A stretch of DNA of 63,183 nt, filler included, from Aduncisulcus paluster (taxonomy: Eukaryota), in NCBI GenBank assembly GCA_024181965.1. It is 5 parts of 5 records of this genome, joined end to end, with 100 filler letters (N's around TTAATTAATTAA, not from the genome) between each part and the next. Parts side by side here need not be neighbours in the genome. Positions count along the whole stretch, not along the records: positions 52,171 to 61,070 come from BQXS01012710.1; positions 61,171 to 63,183 come from BQXS01012722.1; 3 more parts are not named here. The stretch is one strand, 5' to 3'. Position numbers and translations under genes: made by a program. Positions 55,654 through 63,183 of this stretch are shown here, one piece after another. Positions within the stretch are counted from its first letter, which is position 1. Each line of letters starts with the position of its first letter. The notes beneath the pieces are model-generated. The model made no database searches and was not told where the DNA came from. It worked only from the letters and a program-made list of their open reading frames with translations.

Positions 55654-58044
55654 ATGGCCAAGAAAAGGGGAGGAAAAGGGAAAAAAGGTAAAGGACAAAA
55701 GAATTCACAGCAAAAAAAGACCCAAAGTAAGCCTCCTTCTCAAGACACCAAGTCCATTCCCAAAGAAGGTGAAGAAGCTCCACCTGTTATAAAACCTACC
55801 CGATTTGCGGTTGGAACAATGAGAGATTTGACGTTAAAACGGGATAAATTTAATTCAGATCAAACATCAAGGGCTTTGGCAATCTTATCACGTTGGACTG
55901 AAAGAGTGCTTGGTCTCGACGCAAATTATCTTGGAACTTGGGATAGCGAATATGCAAAAAGTGGAATCGTTTTGATTAAATTGATGTCTTACGTTTCTCC
56001 CAGCATATTAGAAAAGGGTCATGATAATTTGGGGCAGATTGCTAAAATGCCTATGTTAGGACGTGAAAATGTGAGTCTATTCCTTGACGAATGCCGAAAT
56101 CTTGGATTTTCACCCGCTATTACCTTTGATGTTGATATGTACCTTTCTGATAAACAACATGCTCGACAAACTGTTTGTGCATGTCTGTATTTCCTTTCTG
56201 GTGTTCTTGGTGTGCTTAAAAAGGGAGAATTTATGCCCAAAAGTGAGGAAATTGAGGAAATGAAGTCGATGGGTGTTGGCGGATTGATTGATGGTGGAAT
56301 GGATGGATTGCATGGATCTGTTATGGAATTCGTTTCAATTTTAAAGGAAAAACGGGATAAAGAAGCTAAAGGAGAAGAATTAAGTGAAGATTTAACATCC
56401 TCGACAAGTTCTCGGGAAGAAGAGGAGGAAGACGAAGAAGAGGAACAAGATGATGAAGAGAAGGAGAAAGAAGAGGGTGAAAAGAAAGAAGAAGAAGAAG
56501 ATCGCTTGAAGAAAGAAGAGGAAGAGCGCAAGAGAAAGGAAGAAGAAGAAGAACGCTTGAAGAAAGAAGAGGAAGAACGCTTGAAGAAAGAAGAAGAAGA
56601 GCGCAAGAGAAAGGAAGAAGAAGAGCGCAAGAGAAAGGAAGAGGAAGAAGAACGCTTGAAGAAAGAAGAAGAAGAACGCTTGAAGAAAGAAGAAGAAGAA
56701 GAACGCTTGAAGAAAGAAGAGGAAGAACGCTTGAAGAAAGAAGAAGAAGAGCGCAAGAGAAAGGAAGAAGAAGAGCGCAAGAGAAAGGAAGAGGAAGAAG
56801 AACGCTTGAAGAAAGAAGAAGAAGAACGCTTGAAGAAAGAAGAAGAAGAACGCAAGAGAAAGGAAGAAGAAGAGCGCAAGAGAAAGGAAGAGGAAGAAGA
56901 ACGCTTGAAGAAAGAAGAAGAAGAACGCTTGAAGAAAGAAGAAGAAGAAGAACGCTTGAAGAAAGAAGAGGAAGAACGCTTGAAGAAAGAAGAAGAAGAG
57001 CGCAAGAGAAAGGAAGAAGAAGAGCGCAAGAGAAAGGAAGAAGAAGAAGAACGCTTGAAGAAAGAAGAAGAAGAACGCTTGAAGAAAGAAGAGGAAGAGC
57101 GTAAGAGAAAGGAAGAAGAAGAAGAAGAACGCTTGAAGAAAGAAGAGGAAGAGCGTAAGAGAAAGGAAGAAGAAGAAGAAAAACGTCTCTCCATTATTCG
57201 CAAGCGGGAAGAAGAAGAAGACCAGGAACGTAAACTTGCTGAAGTTCTTGACACTGTGCGTAAGGTTTCCACCATTCCATTATCTCCCGTGTCAACGCAC
57301 CCTCTTGCCCATTCTCAGCGTACACCTGACATTGTCCCCTCCTCAGAGGATACTACTGCCTTAACCAATCCCATTCCATCCACTTTTGTCCCTGCTGAAA
57401 CCCATCTCGATCCTCGATTCGACGGGGAAGACGTTCGGAAAACATTTGGAACGTTTCTGACCGTTGCCATCAGCAGTTTAAGCGATCTTCCCGAGCACAT
57501 TGACTCTGGGATCAATGTTCCTAGGAGAGATGCTCAGGGAAGACCTGTGATTGTGATTGATGCCAATTGTGTAAAAGATAAGAAAGATGCAATCATGTTT
57601 GGACATAAGTATATTTCCGTGTTAAACGAGTTATCACGGACACATTTCGCAACAAAAAGAGGAGAACAATTCCTCTATCACGTTATCATTGTCAACAGCG
57701 GACGGGTTGTACCACAATTCTCTTGGTTAACTCGAATGAGGAAGAACATGCCACGTACATATCGAAAGGGGATTCAAACGCTCGTTATCGTGTATAAGAA
57801 TCCATTTACAAGAGGTTTGGCATGGGTGATGAGTGTATTCGGTGCCTCTCCGAAATTTGCCAAAAAGATCACGTTTGTCAAAGTGAAGACAAATGATTTT
57901 GAAACGAGTTTTCAATGTGGAATTGAGATGATTCCTGGATGTATTCCCAATCCGATTGCTGTTAAACACTCTGCCATTGCAGAAACATCCACTCTTTTGC
58001 TCTCTTCAAGTTCAACCACCGAGATCGATGAGGAAAAGGTCTGA
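55654..58044 (+). CDS. Calponin-homology domain + long ER/K single alpha-helix + BCH/CRAL-TRIO domain protein
   Basis: CH: WTERVLG, SGIVLIKL, RENVSLFLDECRNLG, VCACLYFL. BCH/Sec14-like: RDAQGRPVIV, FSWL, RTYRKGIQTLVIV, SPKFAKKITFV. First ATG at 55654. Confidence 0.8.
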   Translation: MAKKRGGKGKKGKGQKNSQQKKTQSKPPSQDTKSIPKEGEEAPPVIKPTRFAVGTMRDLTLKRDKFNSDQTSRALAILSRWTERVLGLDANYLGTWDSEYAKSGIVLIKLMSYVSPSILEKGHDNLGQIAKMPMLGRENVSLFLDECRNLGFSPAITFDVDMYLSDKQHARQTVCACLYFLSGVLGVLKKGEFMPKSEEIEEMKSMGVGGLIDGGMDGLHGSVMEFVSILKEKRDKEAKGEELSEDLTSSTSSREEEEEDEEEEQDDEEKEKEEGEKKEEEEDRLKKEEEERKRKEEEEERLKKEEEERLKKEEEERKRKEEEERKRKEEEEERLKKEEEERLKKEEEEERLKKEEEERLKKEEEERKRKEEEERKRKEEEEERLKKEEEERLKKEEEERKRKEEEERKRKEEEEERLKKEEEERLKKEEEEERLKKEEEERLKKEEEERKRKEEEERKRKEEEEERLKKEEEERLKKEEEERKRKEEEEEERLKKEEEERKRKEEEEEKRLSIIRKREEEEDQERKLAEVLDTVRKVSTIPLSPVSTHPLAHSQRTPDIVPSSEDTTALTNPIPSTFVPAETHLDPRFDGEDVRKTFGTFLTVAISSLSDLPEHIDSGINVPRRDAQGRPVIVIDANCVKDKKDAIMFGHKYISVLNELSRTHFATKRGEQFLYHVIIVNSGRVVPQFSWLTRMRKNMPRTYRKGIQTLVIVYKNPFTRGLAWVMSVFGASPKFAKKITFVKVKTNDFETSFQCGIEMIPGCIPNPIAVKHSAIAETSTLLLSSSSTTEIDEEKV
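56490..57182 (+). repeat. Coding hierarchical repeat of EEEERLKK / EEEERKRK units
   Basis: Alternating 24-27 nt units with a higher-order period. Confidence 0.92.
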
Positions 58045-58666
58045 TTCGTTGATATCTGCCTCTTTTTGTGGATTTTATTGATAATAAAAGATTTTTAGAT
58101 ATTTTCCAGGTCATCAGATACTGATGTCAACTTGACATTATATTGAATATAATTGATGTGAAATATAGATAAAACTAGAAATAAATAAATAAATTTAATT
58201 TAATACATTAAGTTATTTTCATCTTTGTTGATAATCGTGAGAATTATGGATGTATTGCATGCCAACAATCGTTTGACGCCGCGAAAGAAAAAATTGTCCT
58301 GCTTCCCGGAAACGGTTGGCGAACCAATTGGTCAACAGAATTCTATTGATGATATGAATTACAAAAACGGAGTCACTCCGTTACAAAACGGTTTTGTAGG
58401 TTTTAAGGTTTTCAACCACACGATCAACCCTTATTTCGCCGAAATACTCAGAGTCTGAGTCAGAGGTTGATCGATTCGAGCTAAACGCTGAGAAATAAAA
58501 CTGTCTTAACGGATTTTTTGGCATTGCTAGACTGACCAGGTATATGACTGAGGTCAAAAGAGCAGGTGGAGAACGGGTATTTCAGCTCGGATGAAATATT
58601 ATAAGTTTGGGGCCTTTGGCAGGGAAATTTTTCATAAATTTATTATTATTATTTGTTTAGAAACGA

Positions 58667-60655
58667 ATGGAATCCGGTTCAAAATATATAAAGGTGATTG
58701 TATGTCAAGTTAAGTTAATTTCTAGAAAATTGAATTAGAAACTCAGCCCCTGGTTGGACATTGGTTTAATTGCTTTTTATTCAATTTTTATTCTAATTTA
58801 TGACATTGGGGTTATTTACTTTCGTTTCTTCCTTTTTCAATTCTTTATCACCTATTTTTTAATTTTTTTAGGCTGAGCCCTTATATTCTGGAGATTATTG
58901 GTGTATTCCGATTCCTCGAGATGATATTGCTTTTCAAAGCCCATTCTTTCCCGGAATTAGGGCAGAGGATGAAACAAAGGATAAATGTGATGAAGAATAT
59001 GATCGGAGCTCATGTGCACGAAAATTGATGAAAGGCGAGTTTACTTCCGCATATTTCACTCATATTTATATACCATTTTCATCGCCTGTCTCCATTAAGG
59101 GTGCTTATGTGTGTTTGTCCAGGTATTTTCATTTTCCAACTCAGTTGATCATGACATTTCTTTCTTCAAAGAGGGAAAAAACGATCAAAATGTTTAAATT
59201 TCCTGACCTTGAAATTACTATTTCATATTATTGGTTCTTTATTCCCATTGATCTTTCTGATATTGAATTGTGTGAGATTGAGGGCTATACAAAACAAGGT
59301 GGACATTTTAATATTGAATCTCTTGCCTTTTTCCGAGAAGATTTACCCGAAGAATTAATTTCACGTAAATGTAAAGAAGAATCTCTTAAAAAACTTTGGT
59401 CTGAATATGTATGTTTACTCGTGATTCTCTCTTTTATTTTTCTCAATGTGTTATTCCATTTCTAACAATATTTAAAATGATTATTTCTTATTTATTCACT
59501 TTTTTGAACAGGGGATGAAAGTTCCATGTTTTAATAGTGGGAAGAGAGGATGTATTCCTATTCCACTCGATGATCCTGCCATCATTACTCCCGCTTTTCC
59601 AATGATTACGGCGAAGGCGGATGTTTTTTGCAAGGAATCTAAAATGTATGATGTGAGTCTTCAAGCTCAACGAATGTTAAAAGGAGAAGCGAGCCTGTTT
59701 GCTTTATCCCACCTTTCTATTCCTTTCAAATCTCCTTGTCACGTGGTAGGTGCGTTCATCTGCTTTAAATGTAATTTTGGACCACGGTCCCTCATTTTTA
59801 CTTTCACTCTTTCAAATGGCAAGAATATATCCAAGAAATATGATTTTCCAAAACCTGAACCTTGTGGCTTGGAATGGTTCGAATGGTATTACCTTCCTTT
59901 TGTAGTTGGGTTACATGATGTTGTAAAGTGTGAAATTCAAGGAAAAGGTACGTGGAATTGGGAAAGAAGTGGGTTGTTCCATATCAATTCTTTAGCTTTT
60001 CTTCATAAACAATATTATGAAACTCGAGAGAAATTATGGCGCAAAGCTGTATGTTTATAATCATATTTTTACTTTTATACAATATTTTGATGAATATATT
60101 TCTCATCATCTACTGTTTTATTTTGTTGTGTTTAATTTTGTGATATAATTATAAAACTGTCAGACAAATGTGAAACCAGAGTTTGTTAAACTTGGTAATA
60201 GATTTGCTATTCCTCTTCCTCATGATAATCCGATGATTGTGGATCCTTTATTCTTAATGGTTAAGGGAAAGGACGATTCCTATTGTAAGGAATCCGAGTG
60301 TTATGATCAGAGTTCAGAGGCACAAAAGATGTTAAAAGGTGAAGGTTTCGTTTCTGTTTCCCATCTTTCTATCCCATTTCCATCCTTTTGTTCTCTAAAA
60401 GGTGCTTATATTGGTATATTTGAATCCAGTAGTTCACCCTCTCTTCTTTTCACATTCACAGATTCTGATGGGACAAAGTCATTGAAGAAATACAAGTTCA
60501 GCCAACCCATCTATGGGCCTGAATGGTATTATCTTCCCATTGATTTGCCCAACGTCGTATTATGTGAGATTATAGGCAAAGGATCATGGAATGGGAAGCA
60601 TAATAGAGATTTTTGCATAAATTCCCTCGTTTTTGTTCGTAATGAAGATGTTTAA
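58667..60655 (+). CDS. Kinase-less protein made of three beta-rich repeat domains (exons 58667-58699, 58872-59408, 59512-60048, 60164-60655)
   Basis: Three GTATGT..AG introns, all phase 0, splice into one frame from MESGSKYIKVI to RNEDV-stop. Each large exon encodes one domain. Confidence 0.85.
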
Positions 60656-61070
60656 CACCAAATTCTCCCGTTAATTGACTTTAAAAGGTTATGTTGGGAA
60701 AGATGAAGAAGAGGAGGAGAAATAATTGCCAAAAAAAACGATTCATCAAAGTAAATGTCTTCATAATCTTGAAACGAATCAAAAGTTCACATTGGCGAAC
60801 AGATGCCCAATGACACTCAAAGAGGAAAAATTCATCATTCAAGAGGCTAATAAGTAACATTTATTAGATATATTATCAAACAATACCATCACATGAAGGG
60901 AACAAAACGATATGAAGTTCTAATAGCTCCAGGACATCAAATATCTAGAGGTCGGGGCGAACAGAAATATATCCCTAAAGCATGGTGTTTATGAATATTG
61001 AGAATTATTACTATTAAAATATTTTAAAAATATAATATGCATGAAATAAAAAATATGAGTTTTGTATTGT

Positions 61071-61170
61071 NNNNNNNNNNNNNNNNNNNNNNNNNNNNNN
61101 NNNNNNNNNNNNNNTTAATTAATTAANNNNNNNNNNNNNNNNNNNNNNNNNNNNNNNNNNNNNNNNNNNN
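61071..61170. other. Artificial scaffold linker
   Basis: 44N-TTAATTAATTAA-44N. Confidence 0.97.
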
Positions 61171-61647
61171 CTAGCAGAAAGTGACTCAAAAAGGCGACTA
61201 ATTTCGCCCGTTTCAATGGAGCTCTGCGCTTCCTCAGTCATTTAGAAAAAAGGTGTGCTGAAACCTAGAAACAAATAAAAATATTATGTAATTAGGTAAC
61301 TAGAGCTAAAAAGCAATACAAAATCAGTATCAAAAAGGAAACTAAAATTTGTATGGTGAGCCAAGAAGTTGTCATGACATTGTGCATACATTTGTAAATT
61401 TTAAAACAGATTATAAAAATAAAAAATGAAAAATAGTTCATTATACATACTCATTCTACTTTAATTGTTTGCAAATATCTCTCCGTTGGTTAGAAAAATG
61501 AAAGACAAATATTTTCATTGAATAAACACGGGAAAAGAGATTTTTTAAGATTACGATTTTTATTTATACAATAAATTTAAAATACACGTGTTTTCAACGT
61601 TGTGAATTTTTTTTGTATTTGAAAAGAAAAAATTTTTGTGTTTTTTG

Positions 61648-62189
61648 ACAACTTGTCATTTGAAATGGCCAGTGTCGGAGTCTCGGGAATTTTCTTGTTT
61701 TGTCTACGTGGTATGTAATTGGCTTTCTTTTTTTTTTTTTTTTTTACTACTAGTAGTTTAAATGGGGCGGTAATTGGCTTTCTTTTTCTTTTTTTTTCCT
61801 TTTTTTTTTTGTCAAGGGTTTTTCTAATTCTTGGAGAATCTTTTCCCTTAAATTGGAGGTTTTTATTCTATCTTAAAGATAGAACTTTTCCTCCTTCCAT
61901 TGGTAGTTAACAGGTAGGCTTTTTTTGGGGCAACTGACATGCCATGTCTACTATGATAGTATGATCTAAGGTAATTGGCTTTTTTTTTAATTTATTATTA
62001 CTTGGGGCGACTGATTTGATATCAAACTCAGCTCAGCATGGAGCACTTCAATTACCTCCGTGCTGAGCAGGTCACGATGCTCGGTCTCTCTCTGCCAGAG
62101 CCGTGCTCAGGTAGGGAGATGATGGAGAGATGTGTTCGTCGACATAGGGAGGCCCTGGATTCATTATTCCCTCGATTAATGTTGAGGCC
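61648..62189. repeat. About 540-bp repeat, copy 1 (copy 2 at 62526-63063)
   Basis: The copies are near-identical, with small indels around the T runs and different upstream flanks. Confidence 0.85.
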
Positions 62190-62209
62190 NNNNNNNNNNN
62201 NNNNNNNNN

Positions 62210-62420
62210 CTTTCAATGGCAGCTTCCAATTGGAGATTAGGAGGCGTTTCCGACCATTCCTGTTCCATTTTGGATCGTGCTCCCTTGTAGTTACCTTCAG
62301 CGAGCTCTTGGGATACCCTTTTCCTTTTTGCCAATTGCTCCTCAGTTAAGTCTTTGGGGCCATCAGAAGTACCGCTTTTGCGTCCACCTCCAGTTAGATT
62401 GGAGAATGTTGCAGAGGCGA
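62210..62420 (-). mobile_element. Possible fragment of a non-LTR retrotransposon ORF
   Basis: KRKRVSQELAEGNYKGARSKME resembles the helix preceding the RT domain in CRE/R2-like elements. No RT motifs are visible. Confidence 0.25.
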
Positions 62421-62503
62421 GGAGAAGGGTGGTGAAGAAAATTGACGCAATCACTTCTTTGCATCCATAAATTGATCGTTTTGCGCATTTCACCAATGCG
62501 TGT

Positions 62504-62528
62504 ACACACACACACACACACACACACA
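62504..62528. repeat. (AC)n microsatellite
   Basis: About 12 AC units. Confidence 0.9.
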
Positions 62529-63063
62529 ACTTGTCATTTGAAATGGCCAGTGTCGGAGTCTCGGGAATTTTCTTGTCTACGTGGTATGTAATTGGCTTTC
62601 TTTTTTTTTTTTTTTATGTCTACTAGTAGTTTAAATGGGGCGGTAATTGGCTTTCTTTTTCTTTTTTTTTCCTTTTTTTTTTGTCAAGGGTTTTTCTAAT
62701 TCTTGGAGAATCTTTTCCCTTAAATTGGAGGTTTTTATTCTATCTTAAAGATAGAACTTTTCCTCCTTCCATTGGTAGTTAACAGGTAGGCTTTTTTTGG
62801 GGCAACTGACATGCCATGTCTACTATGATAGTATGATCTAAGGTAATTGGCTTTTTTTTTTTAATTTATTATTACTTGGGGCGACTGATTTGATATCAAA
62901 CTCAGCTCAGCATGGAGCACTTCAATTACCTCCGTGCTGAGCAGGTCACGATGCTCGGTCTCTCTCTGCCAGAGCCGTGCTCAGGTAGGGAGATGATGGA
63001 GAGATGTGTTCGTCGACATAGGGAGGCCCTGGATTCATTATTCCCTCGATTAATGTTGAGGCC
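62526..63063. repeat. About 540-bp repeat, copy 2
   Basis: Starts directly after an (AC)n microsatellite and matches 61648-62189. Confidence 0.85.
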
Positions 63064-63183
63064 AATCTATGAACAGCAGTGTTGTTTTGGACAGTATCTT
63101 CTTTTCGAGGGGAAGAGTATATGCGATTTATTCGTTTCCTGTCCAAATAGCACATGGCTAGTAAAAATGATAATAAATGGTAT

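Noticed and set aside
56019..57275. 418-aa Ser/Phe-rich minus-strand ORF, and similar ORFs over 52682-53200
   Set aside because: Stop-free antisense or alternative frames of coding tandem repeats.
26270..61170. Four identical TTAATTAATTAA motifs as a biological repeat, and gene neighbourhoods across them
   Set aside because: Each is centred in exactly 44+44 N and stops all six frames. These are synthetic linkers, so adjacency across them is meaningless.

Overview
Eukaryotic, AT-rich, gene-dense protist DNA in the standard genetic code, with GTATGT...AG introns, long poly-Ser/poly-Glu tracts and flagellar genes. My impression, unverified, is a free-living fornicate/metamonad such as Aduncisulcus. 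The window is not one locus. It is five scaffolds joined by artificial 100-nt linkers (44 N + TTAATTAATTAA + 44 N). There are also eight 20-N gaps, seven of them directly flanked by duplicated overlaps, plus several frameshifts in low-complexity tracts. Housekeeping content: Trm2/TRMT2-like tRNA methyltransferase, CFAP61, a large ASH/Hydin-like gene, an LRR protein, a NEK kinase, farnesyltransferase beta, tRNA-Glu(TTC) and tRNA-Val(AAC). Three compact bacterial-type genes (cupin, AlkD, TM1586-like nitroreductase) lie on the first scaffold. The most interesting content is a lineage-specific kinase family with interchangeable N-terminal modules. (1) At 11.4-19.0 kb, abutting minus-strand frames give an apparent polyprotein of about 2,200 aa: OTU-OTU, ComEC-type metallo-beta-lactamase, an unknown domain, an HExxH zinc peptidase and a pseudokinase. 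It sits next to an intact kinase of the same family. (2) An unnamed 150-170 aa beta-rich domain occurs 11 times in three genes, packaged in phase-0 exons where introns are present, with or without the kinase. This looks like a modular sensor/effector (conflict or immunity) repertoire. That functional reading is inference.
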